The translations under genes were made by a program, and so were the position numbers. The notes beneath the pieces are model-generated. The model was not told the origin of the DNA, ran no database searches, and saw only the letters and a program-made list of their open reading frames with translations. This document shows positions 1 through 7,866 of a DNA stretch of 36,794 nt, piece after piece; position 1 is the stretch's first letter, and every line of letters begins with the position of its first letter. The stretch lies in NCBI GenBank assembly GCA_039589315.1, contig JBDHHQ010000073.1, positions 1 to 36,794 of the forward strand. The letters run 5' to 3'. The DNA is from Gemmatimonadota bacterium. GTDB lineage: Bacteria; Gemmatimonadota; Gemmatimonadetes; Longimicrobiales; Gaopeijiaceae.

Positions 1-218
1 CCGGGCCCCTTTCAAAGCACACCCGATTTCAAGATCACGGCATCGGGGGACAGGAGATTCCGAGAAGGCTCCGAGCTCATCCAGAGGCCCAAGCCCGGGA
101 TCGAAGGAATGATCCAGGTCCAAGGCAGACAATACGGTCAAATCGTTGGGAGGAGAACAGGGGCTGCGAAAACACTGGGGGTAGTCGAGTCGGCCGTGGT
201 ATGCGATGACGGCGTGCG

Positions 219-391
219 CTCTAACAAACAATCGCTACTGGCGCGGTGGACGTGAACGGCTCAGGGGCCCCTCGTCGCCAGGACTCCTCGGAGCGATGAG
301 CCTTGATCGCTCGCTCTGGTCACACCTACGGTGTTCACGTCGCTGCGCGCGTCAGCACTAGGCCGCGCAGAAGAATCGCAATCCGTTACGT
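219..391 (+). mobile_element. attC-like recombination site, long form (173 bp)
   Basis: CTCTAAC (219-225) ... GTTACGT (385-391); left arm ATCGCTACTGGCGCGG pairs imperfectly with right arm CCGCGCAGAAGAATCGC; inner stem GACGTGAAC (249-257)/GTTCACGTC (333-341); interior repeated at several other intergenic sites. Confidence 0.85.
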
Positions 392-421
392 AGCCAAGTC
401 ACTGATCGAGAGGGGATAAGC

Positions 422-1159
422 GTGACTGACCGCGAAGGGCATGGACGCCACGACCCGATGTCAGCGCCGCGGTATATGGATATTCCCACGTTCATGCGGA
501 CTCCGCTGATCGATGATCCGGCCGAGTTCGACATCGCCCTGGTCGGGATTCCCTACGACGGAGCGGTCACGAATCGCCCGGGCGCACGGCATGGGCCTAG
601 GGAGGTGCGTAACGCGTCGAGCATGATGCGCGCGATCCACCCCACGTCGCGTATTAATCCGTATGAACTGTGTCGGGTTGGCGACGGCGGCGACGTACCA
701 TTTACGCGCCTATACGAACCTGAGTCTGCCCATCAGGACATCGAGAGGTTCATCTCCAGGTTTGCTACCGCTGGCGCCCGCACCGTGGCTGCGGGAGGTG
801 ATCACTCCGTGACTCTACCGGTGCTCCGAGCGGTGGTTTCGGACGGGCCGGTGGGCTTGATCCACATCGATGCTCATACCGATACGTGGGATGAGTTCAT
901 GGGATCGCGCTATAGCCACGGCGCGCCGTTTCGTCGAGCGGTTGAGGAAGGGCTCATCGACCCTCGCCGCACGATACAGATCGGGATCCGTGGTGCCCAG
1001 AACTCGACGGAGGGATGGGACTACTCGCACTCGAGTGAGATGCGCGTCGTGTTCATGGACGAGGTGACGCGGATGGCGCCCCTGAGGGCCAAGCGTTCGG
1101 CGCAGACGGGATGGGGTTTGCTGCAGACGGGCCGCAGCTACTGGGTTCAGGCCTTGTAG
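422..1159 (+). pseudogene. speB: Agmatinase/ureohydrolase, 3'-truncated
   Basis: GIPYD, RPGARHGP, GGDHS and HIDAHTD motifs; similarity ends near nt 1075 (VFMDEV) and the C-terminal S(F/L)DxDxxDP metal-binding motif is missing. Confidence 0.85.
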
Positions 1160-1209
1160 GTCGTGAATCTGCCGTGGATGCCTCACGCACCCGAATGTCC
1201 AGCGCCCGT

Positions 1210-1659
1210 TTAGCGCCCTTCGACCTGATTCCAGATCCGAGCGTAGCGCGCGGCCCCCCCGGCCGGCGACCACATCACCAGGGCTCGAGTGGGCGACGCA
1301 CCCTCAGGAGTGACGTGGTTGACGAAGTCGGGAGGCGTCACGTGACCGAGCATGCCCGGTTCGAGGATCGTGCTCTCTCCGTTCACGACATGCTCAAGGG
1401 TGCCCTCCAGCACATAGAAGATCTCGGTCTGGTCGTGTTGGTGATCACCGGAGTTCATGCCCGGAGGGAAGGTCATGATGCCCACGTCCAACGGCACGTC
1501 CCTACCCAGCCCATCGAACAGGATCTTCACGCGAGTATCCCCGCTCTCGAAGACCGCCCCTTCCAGCGACTCTTGTGTGATAGCGCCCGCCGCGAACGAC
1601 GCCGCGCAGGCGCTCACCATCGCAACGACCAGCACCACATGTTGGATCTCCTTCTTCAT
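1210..1659 (-). CDS. Cupin-domain protein with signal peptide
   Basis: HQHDQTEIFYVLEG ... G..GHVTPP...NH cupin motifs; GGGAGG RBS ahead of ATG at 1659; hydrophobic N-terminus. Confidence 0.85.
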   Translation of the reverse strand: MKKEIQHVVLVVAMVSACAASFAAGAITQESLEGAVFESGDTRVKILFDGLGRDVPLDVGIMTFPPGMNSGDHQHDQTEIFYVLEGTLEHVVNGESTILEPGMLGHVTPPDFVNHVTPEGASPTRALVMWSPAGGAARYARIWNQVEGR

Positions 1660-1832
1660 CACAGCCTCCCAGGATGGCGTTGGACCGCCAACGTGATCAC
1701 GCGACAGGGGAGAGACAAGACGGTCGCCTGGTTCACAGGTAGAGGCCTTCGCCCGGGCAGCCATGCAAGTGTTTCCCGAGAGGGGGTCAAGGCCAACGTT
1801 TTGGAGAGCAAGACGAGCAAGCACCGGAGACC

Positions 1833-1914
1833 ACCTAACCAGCGGTTGCTGCAGACGCGGTGGACGGGAGTCGGGTGGTGTAGGTCGCGCAGCAGAACCG
1901 AAGAGCCGTCAGGC
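1833..1914 (+). mobile_element. attC-like site, short form (82 bp), core GTT changed to GTC
   Basis: ACCTAAC (perfect RYYYAAC) CAGCGGTTGCTGCAGACGCGG ... TCGCGCAGCAGAACCGAAGAGCC GTCAGGC; arms pair with two unpaired bases on the left arm, as expected for attC. Confidence 0.85.
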
Positions 1915-2073
1915 GACGAAAGCGCCATGGGCCAACCGCCGTTGCGCAGGCCCTCCCATGACCCGGAGTCGTTCCAGATAGCTGGTGATTGCGCGATTCG
2001 GCTGCAACGCTGCTCCGTACTTCTCGTGTCGAACTGAACGGACGAAGACAGCCCAAAGCGAAGAGGACGGTAA

Positions 2074-2820
2074 ATGGATCGGTCACAGCGACGAGTTCGG
2101 TGGCTCATGGCTCTGAATGCACTGACGTTGATCTCGTTGGGCGTGGTTCTATTCGTCCTGTTCTCTGGTCAGGGTCGCCTCAGGCTCAAGGAACTGAGCG
2201 CCCGGCGTGTCGATATCGCGGGTCCGGACGGACGCCCCGTCTTGGCCCTGGCGCACCGCACCGCGATTCCCGGACCTTCGATCAACGGCAAGAACTACCC
2301 GCCTGATGTCATTGAGAGTCGTCCGCTATTGTCAGGAATGATCTTCTTCAACGACCAGGGCGATGAGGTCGGTGGGTTGATCTACAATGGGATCACTCGC
2401 GGGTCAGGCTACTCCGCGGTCGGCCACCTCTCGTTTGACCAGTGGAGACAGAATCAGGTCGTAGCGATCCAATACAACGATAACGGACGGACGCGGCGTG
2501 CCGGCCTGAACGTGTGGGATCGCCCGACCGATCGGACAATGGACCAGCAGCTTGACCTCCTCGGGCGGATTCGAGGGGCCGAGGGCGAAGAACGGGATTC
2601 TCTGATGCGCGTCCACTCCGAGGCACAGGTTGCGGGTGACTACGGGGTACAGCGGCTCTTTGCCGGTAGCCGAGACGAGACCGCGCAAGTCGAGCTACGA
2701 GACACCGCTGGCCGAGTGAGGGCGCGGCTGAGCGTGGATGCGGCGGGTGTCGCACGCCTCGAGTTCCTGGACGAGTCGGGAAGGGTAGTCGCCACCTACC
2801 CTGGCGCGAGTGCCAGCTAA
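2074..2820 (+). CDS. Hypothetical protein with N-terminal membrane anchor; cassette-like gene
   Basis: 248-aa ORF with GAGG RBS and N-terminal TM helix; lies between two attC-like sites and its TAA stop is inside AGCTAAC. Confidence 0.85.
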   Translation: MDRSQRRVRWLMALNALTLISLGVVLFVLFSGQGRLRLKELSARRVDIAGPDGRPVLALAHRTAIPGPSINGKNYPPDVIESRPLLSGMIFFNDQGDEVGGLIYNGITRGSGYSAVGHLSFDQWRQNQVVAIQYNDNGRTRRAGLNVWDRPTDRTMDQQLDLLGRIRGAEGEERDSLMRVHSEAQVAGDYGVQRLFAGSRDETAQVELRDTAGRVRARLSVDAAGVARLEFLDESGRVVATYPGASAS

Positions 2821-3107
2821 CGAGCGATTGCTGCAGACGCAGTGAGCGAGAAGCGGCCTGGGAGGCTCCTCGTCGCGGTTGCTCCTCGGAACGATGAGCC
2901 CTGATCGCCTCCTAACACGGTATCGCTGCCGTCCAGGAAGTCTGTGGTGGCCATGCGCGATGCGCACGCGTAAGCCTTGGTGCTCCGTCCGCGGCATTGC
3001 AGAGAACGTTGGAGGGCAGCGCAGCGCTTGGTCCGTTCACTCCCACGGTGTTCACGTCGCTGCGCGGTGGGCGGGCAGGTCGCGCCGCGGAGATCTACTG
3101 GTTGGCA
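2815..3107 (+). mobile_element. Mosaic/interrupted attC-like site(s)
   Basis: AGCTAACGAGCGATTGCTGCAGACGC left arm; interior CTCCTCGGAACGATGAGCCCTGATCGC to ~2909; resumes at ~3032 with CCGTTCACTCCCACGGTGTTCACGTCGCTGCGCGGTGG...GGTCGCGC; intervening 2910-3014 is itself bounded by TCCTAAC and GTTGGAG. Confidence 0.75.
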
Positions 3108-3308
3108 CGGCGAGGGGGACGGCAGGCCAGGCGATGAACTACGCCCGCCTTCGGGCGGTAGATCAGGCCGTGGAAGACGCGCTCGAGAGTGCTATTCAAG
3201 CCCGGTGAGCAGGCCTGCGGTGTCCCCGGCGCCGCGCCGTGGCACCTCGTCGAATGACCCAGCCCACAAGACTTGGACCGAGAACAGCCCAATCACAAGG
3301 AGAGAGAA

Positions 3309-3607
3309 GTGAAGAAGTTCGTGCTGCTCCATTACGGATTCGAGACGCCCACCCCGGAGATCATGAAGGCATGGAGCACCTGGTTCGAGTCAGTCGCCGA
3401 CAGGACGGTTGACAACGGTGGCTTCAGCGGCGGGCGAGAGGTCTCCGCCTCTGGAACAAGGGACCTCCCATGGGGAATGGAGTCCATCACTGGCTACACG
3501 GTGATCGAGGCCGAGAGCCTTGACGAGAGGCAGAGGAGATCGCTCGAGACAATCCCTATATCGCGAGCATCCGCGTCTACGAGGTCAGGGGTATCCAGCG
3601 CGCCTGA
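3309..3607 (+). pseudogene. YCII-related protein, frameshifted
   Basis: KKFVLLHYG...W..WF...VD.G...ITGYTVIEAESLDE, then the natural tail AEEIARDNPYIASIRVYEVR continues in another frame after GACGAGAGGCAG (~3522-3533). Confidence 0.8.
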
Positions 3608-3865
3608 CTGACGAGGAGCCCCAGGGGACTGAAGAGGCCTACGCCCACGTTCCGGACCCTAGCTCGAACTGGTTCGTTCCAGCGAGTCCCTGCGGAGAGA
3701 CATCCGTCCGCAGGACCCGGAGCGGTATTCGAGAGCCTCGCGGAAGAAGTCGCACGACGTGGGGCGAAGTGCTGGTTCTGGAACGCATTGAGTGTTGGAG
3801 TTGGCTCAGGGAGTGATCCCAACCAACTTACGGTCGGCTCCGCCGAGCCAACGGCCCTCGCCCAG

Positions 3866-3910
3866 AGGAGGACAACCGATGAGCGACACAGGAGGACAAC
3901 GGATGAGCGA
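3866..3910 (+). repeat. Tandem duplication of RBS plus start codon (21 bp, period 24)
   Basis: AGGAGGACAACCGATGAGCGA (3866-3886) and AGGAGGACAACGGATGAGCGA (3890-3910), 20/21 identical. Confidence 0.9.
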
Positions 3911-4253
3911 GTCGCCCGGGGCCGTCGCTCGAACCTGGCTCCGGGCCTGGGACACCGGCGACCTGAGCCTGCTTCGTCTCGCCCCAGATTTCGTCCACAC
4001 GAGTCCCTTCGGCCGTATCGAGGGCGCCGAGGAGTACCTTCGCATCGTCGAGCCCATGTCGCGGAAGAGCGTCCTCGGGATCACGGTGAGGGATGTGATC
4101 GAGGACGAGGGCCGGGCGGCCATCACCTACGATCTCGAGACTCCGGCAGGTAAGGTCGAAGCCTGCGACTGGGTCTTCGTAGAGCACGGCCGCATTCTGG
4201 AAGTGAACTCCTATTACGACAGCGTGACGAATCGCGCGGCTCTCGATAGCTGA
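3879..4253 (+). CDS. SnoaL-like / NTF2 family protein
   Basis: WLRAWDTGDL..L.LAPDFVHTSPFGRIEG...Y pattern; strong AGGAGG RBS; alternative in-frame start at 3903. Confidence 0.85.
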   Translation: MSDTGGQRMSESPGAVARTWLRAWDTGDLSLLRLAPDFVHTSPFGRIEGAEEYLRIVEPMSRKSVLGITVRDVIEDEGRAAITYDLETPAGKVEACDWVFVEHGRILEVNSYYDSVTNRAALDS

Positions 4254-4258
4254 GCGGG

Positions 4259-4360
4259 CGGAGCGATGAGCCTCGATCGCCTGCTCCGTTCACGCCTACG
4301 GTGTTCACGTCGCTGCGCGGTGGATGGAGGTCGCGCGGAAGAATCGCGAGCTCGTTACAT
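4259..4360 (+). mobile_element. attC-like site, left arm deleted
   Basis: CGGAGCGATGAGCCTCGATCGC...TTCACGCCTACGGTGTTCACGTCGCTGCGCG...GGTCGCGCGGAAGAATCGCGAGCTC GTTACAT, closely matching 289-391; begins just after the SnoaL stop. Confidence 0.85.
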
Positions 4361-4387
4361 GATTCCCTCTCCGAACGATTGAGTCAG

Positions 4388-4703
4388 ATGATGCCAAGGC
4401 TTCGGCTACCGGCGGCGTTCAGTGCCGCCGTTCTCCTTCTCCTTCTGCTTCTTATCCGGCGGTCAGGTGCTCAAAGCGATGCTGGGTAGTCTGGACAGGG
4501 TCGTACGGGTCGTGAAGGTACTTGGGATGGTCAACGCCGACCCGGATTTCGTGGATCATCCGGCCGTGATCAACGGGTTCTCGGACCTGATCGTAGAGGT
4601 CTTCGGCGAGCGCGGACGGCACGCGCGGGCCGCGGTGGGGATGGCCTCGTTACCGCGTGGCCAGGCCGTGGAAATCGAAATGATCGACGAGGTACGCGAC
4701 TAG
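4388..4703 (+). pseudogene. RidA/YjgF family protein, internally deleted
   Basis: C-terminal half LGSLDRVVRVVKVLGMVNA.PDF.DHPAVINGFSDL..EVFGERGRHARAAVGMASLP..AVEIE; preceded in another frame by a signal-like peptide MMPRLRLPAAFSAAVLLLLL. Confidence 0.8.
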
Positions 4704-4822
4704 GGAGTACATGTGACGCACCGCATCAGGTTGGTCCCAGGGTTTGTGGTTCGGCTTTCGGCGTTCTTTCCGATGTGGCGCGCGAGGGCGCAGTCGGAAG
4801 GAGACACACCCATCGAATTGAG

Positions 4823-5254
4823 ATGAGACTTACCGTTGAAGAACATCGGGAGGCGATCAAGCGGTACAGTCACGTCAGGCCCGCTCGCGGCTCGAAAAGC
4901 AGGTTGTGCTCCACCCTGTGCCCCGGCACGCGCCGCACCTGCACGCTCGGGAAGGGCCATAGGGGACCCCATGTCGCCCACGGCCTGTTCAAGAAGGTCG
5001 TCGCTGTGTGGGAGTCGGACACCGGAGCTGGAGTATCCAAGGAGCCGGTAGGAAACGCTGCGCACGCCAAGTCACGAAGCGGTGTCGGGACGAGGAAGCC
5101 AATCGGTCTCCGGACCGGGAGACCAGTCGGGATCCTCGAGGCTCTTAGGGAGCGTGTCGTCGGCACTGTCGGTTCTGTGGAGGAGATCGCGTTCCTCATT
5201 TTCTTCCTTGCCTTTGTGGGGTTCGCCATCCATTGGTTCTTGCTACTGGGATAG
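4823..5254 (+). CDS. Hypothetical protein with Cys/His cluster and C-terminal TM helix
   Basis: CSTLC...CTLGKGHRGPHVAH motif; C-terminal IAFLIFFLAFVGFAIHWFLLL; start uncertain (4775 or 4823). Confidence 0.7.
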   Translation: MRLTVEEHREAIKRYSHVRPARGSKSRLCSTLCPGTRRTCTLGKGHRGPHVAHGLFKKVVAVWESDTGAGVSKEPVGNAAHAKSRSGVGTRKPIGLRTGRPVGILEALRERVVGTVGSVEEIAFLIFFLAFVGFAIHWFLLLG

Positions 5255-5288
5255 ACTGTTCGCTAGCACACAGGCCAAACCCGACACC

Positions 5289-5786
5289 ATGCCTCTCGTC
5301 AGACGTCTTCGTGACCACGAGTGGCGAGCGTACCGCGATCTGCGGCTTCGCTCCCTGAGAGATTCGCCGGATGCCTTCGGTAGTAGATTCGACCAGGAAA
5401 AGCGACGATCTGACGCCGAGTGGGCGGAGCGGGTCGCGGCCGGGACCAGGTCCGAGTCGGTGCTTCCGCTGGTGGTTCCGGAGGAAGCGGATTTCGTTGG
5501 CTTGGCCTGGGCGAAGATCAAGTCGCCCGACCCCGATACTGCGCGCGTATCCCAGATGTGGGTTGTGCCCGAAAGGCGGGGCCGAGGACTTGGCTTTGAA
5601 CTGCTTTCTACGGTCGTCAGCTGGGCTCGGGATGCGAAGGCGCGCCGCGTGGTCCTCCGTGTCACCTGTGACAACACGACCGCGCGACGGCTGTACGTCC
5701 GGGCCGGCTTCAAGGATCTGGGCGAGTCGGAGCCACTCAGGCCAGGCGCGAGCATGCGGTCGCAGCCCATGTGCCTCGACCTCTGA
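5289..5786 (+). CDS. GNAT family N-acetyltransferase
   Basis: MWVVPERRGRGLG acetyl-CoA motif; N..ARRLY.RAGF. Confidence 0.9.
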   Translation: MPLVRRLRDHEWRAYRDLRLRSLRDSPDAFGSRFDQEKRRSDAEWAERVAAGTRSESVLPLVVPEEADFVGLAWAKIKSPDPDTARVSQMWVVPERRGRGLGFELLSTVVSWARDAKARRVVLRVTCDNTTARRLYVRAGFKDLGESEPLRPGASMRSQPMCLDL

Positions 5787-5836
5787 GGCAGTGCCGAGGG
5801 GCGTCCACTTCCGAAGACGTGGTGAGCGGACCAGTC

Positions 5837-6028
5837 GGCACATTCTCGGTCGACGCTGAGGCTGGTGACGTGACGCATCACCTCGAGGTCGCTTCGATCC
5901 CGAATTGGGTCGGAACCGATCACCTGCGGATGTTCGAGTTCGGGGACGGTACGCTCAGGTTGAGTACGCCGCCCATAATGATCGACGGTGTCGCTGCGGT
6001 GAGCGTCCTACTCTGGCGCCGCGACTGA
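5837..6028 (+). pseudogene. Lipocalin-like domain protein, C-terminal fragment
   Basis: GTFSVD....VTHHLEVASIPNWVGTD..R.FEF.DGTLRLST....LLWRR resembles the Lipocalin_5 C-terminus; N-terminal half absent. Confidence 0.75.
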
Positions 6029-6077
6029 GGCCGGCCGCTCCAACGGCCGTGCAAGGGAAGGTGGTCCGCTCCCATCC

Positions 6078-6809
6078 ATGTTCTCCGAAGCCCCCGAGCT
6101 CTACGACCTCATCTATGGGTCCTTCAAAGACTATCGATCCGAGGCGGACAAGATCGCCGAGGTGCTCAGTACAGCAGCCCCTGAGGCCAAGACCGTCCTC
6201 GATGTAGCGTGCGGTACTGGGGAACATGCGCGGCATCTGCATGCCGAACATGGCTACGTCGTCGCTGGCCTCGACATCGAGCCGGGGTTCGTGGCAATCG
6301 CTCGCTCCAAGCTACCCAACAGGCGATTCTGGCACGCCGACATGGCCGGTTTCGACCTCGGCGTCCGGTTCGACGCCATCCTCTGCTTGTTCAGCTCCAT
6401 CGCCTACCTCTGCGAGTTGGACCAGGTCGAGCAGGCCCTCCGCTGTTGCCACAGGCACCTCGAACCGGATGGTGTCCTACTCGTTGAGCCGTGGTTCGAG
6501 CCCCACTCATGGGCCCCAGGACGTGTCTACGTTCAGACGTCAGAGTCGGAGAATCTCCGCGTCATCCGGATGAGTCACTCCAAAGTCGCGGGCCGGATCT
6601 CGAAGCTCGAGTTCCACTACTTGATCGGCACGGCCGAGGGCATCGATCATCGTGTCGAGCGCCACGAGCTCGGGTTGTTCACGACGGCAGAGACCCTCGA
6701 GCGCTTTCGGCGCGCGGGCTTCACCGACGTCACCCACGACCCCGAGGGCCTGACCGGCAGGGGGATGTTCGTTGCGCGCGTCGATCGGGCAGAGAGCCAC
6801 AAGCCTTGA
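6078..6809 (+). CDS. Class I SAM-dependent methyltransferase (TylM1/DesVI-like)
   Basis: YDLIY..KDY..EA, VLDVACGTGEH, CLFSSIAY, LLVEPWF, LTGRGMFVA. Confidence 0.9.
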   Translation: MFSEAPELYDLIYGSFKDYRSEADKIAEVLSTAAPEAKTVLDVACGTGEHARHLHAEHGYVVAGLDIEPGFVAIARSKLPNRRFWHADMAGFDLGVRFDAILCLFSSIAYLCELDQVEQALRCCHRHLEPDGVLLVEPWFEPHSWAPGRVYVQTSESENLRVIRMSHSKVAGRISKLEFHYLIGTAEGIDHRVERHELGLFTTAETLERFRRAGFTDVTHDPEGLTGRGMFVARVDRAESHKP

Positions 6810-6896
6810 TGGCTCGCTCGGTTCACAGCTACGGTGTTCCCATCGCTGCGCGATGAGCAGGTCGAGTTGCGCCGTCGGATCGCGAAGCCGTCAGAC
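6802..6896 (+). mobile_element. Degenerate attC-like site, right half
   Basis: AGCCTTGATGGCTCGCTCGGTTCACAGCTACGGTGTTCCCATCGCTGCGCG aligns to 299-349; ends GGATCGCGAAGCC GTCAGAC. Confidence 0.8.
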
Positions 6897-6945
6897 AGCG
6901 CCAGAACGTGGCTGTCCGCAACGCCTTGCCCCTGGAGCGAGATCT

Positions 6946-7845
6946 ATGACTGAGCCTGACGAAATGGGGGATCTGGTGGCGTCGCTGGAACAAGCGGCCG
7001 TCCGAGCTGACGGAAAGGGCCAGCTCAACATCAGCAAGCTACTCCGCGCTTCTGCAACTGCGCTTGTCCGAAGGGCAGCGGCGGCGAGAGGCTATCCCGA
7101 TGAGTCTGAGCTGCTTGCGGCGGATCTCGCAGATCTCGCGAATCGGCTCAAGGGAACCGGCATCGATCCAGCCTTCAGCGAGCGACTGCAGCTGGGCGCG
7201 AAGTTGGTCGCTCGCGGCCAGCAGAGCTACATCGACGAGTTCCCCGACCCTTACGTGTGCCGCCGTTGCGGAGCGATCGAGGCGAACAATCCCGTATCCA
7301 GTTGCGACACGTGCGGCGCTCACGAGCTGACGTTTGAACGCTTTCGGCCGGTCTACTGGATGACCGTCTATCGACCGCACGAGGTCATGGAGCGGCTTGC
7401 CGGGAATCCGCCCCTCTTCCAAGAGGCGATCGATCGGATGCCTGACGATCGCCTGGAGTGGACCCCCGCCGAAACAGCATGGGCGGCGGTCGACGTGCTT
7501 CGTCACGTCCGCGATGCACAGTCCGTGTTGGCGCAACGCATCGTGCTCATTTTGGACGAGGATGACCCGCCACTGGAGTTCCAGGCGGTCTTCGAGTGGA
7601 CGAATCAGGGGACGGGGCGGGCGGAGTCGGCTCATTCGATCCTGGACGCATACATCGCGTCCCGGGACGCCTCGTTGTCACGTCTTCAAGCCATGGAGCC
7701 TGACGGCTGGAGCCGCACGGGCGTCCACGAGGAATTCGGGCGAGTCACGCTGATCGAGCAGGCAAGCTACTTCGCGGCGCACGAGTTGATCCATCTGCGT
7801 CAGTTGGAACAGCTCCGGCGCGCCATCGCCTCGAGCGAGGACTAA
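6946..7845 (+). CDS. DinB family protein with N-terminal rubredoxin-like CxxC...CxxC module
   Basis: YVCRRCG...CDTCGA; W.A.DVLRHVRDA, W.RTGVHEEFG, HELIHLRQL. Confidence 0.85.
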   Translation: MTEPDEMGDLVASLEQAAVRADGKGQLNISKLLRASATALVRRAAAARGYPDESELLAADLADLANRLKGTGIDPAFSERLQLGAKLVARGQQSYIDEFPDPYVCRRCGAIEANNPVSSCDTCGAHELTFERFRPVYWMTVYRPHEVMERLAGNPPLFQEAIDRMPDDRLEWTPAETAWAAVDVLRHVRDAQSVLAQRIVLILDEDDPPLEFQAVFEWTNQGTGRAESAHSILDAYIASRDASLSRLQAMEPDGWSRTGVHEEFGRVTLIEQASYFAAHELIHLRQLEQLRRAIASSED

Positions 7846-7866
7846 TCAACACCGGGCGCGTTACAT
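7840..7866 (+). mobile_element. Possible collapsed attC relic (ends only)
   Basis: GACTAAT containing the DinB stop, then CCGGGCGC GTTACAT overlapping the next ATG; same GTTACAT as 4354-4360 and similar to CCGGGCGCC GTTAC at 10441-10454. Confidence 0.35.

Noticed and set aside
1..255. Open frame 1 entering from the left edge and reading into the first attC
   Set aside because: Could be a cassette gene's 3' end, but no motif is recognisable and the opposite strand is also open
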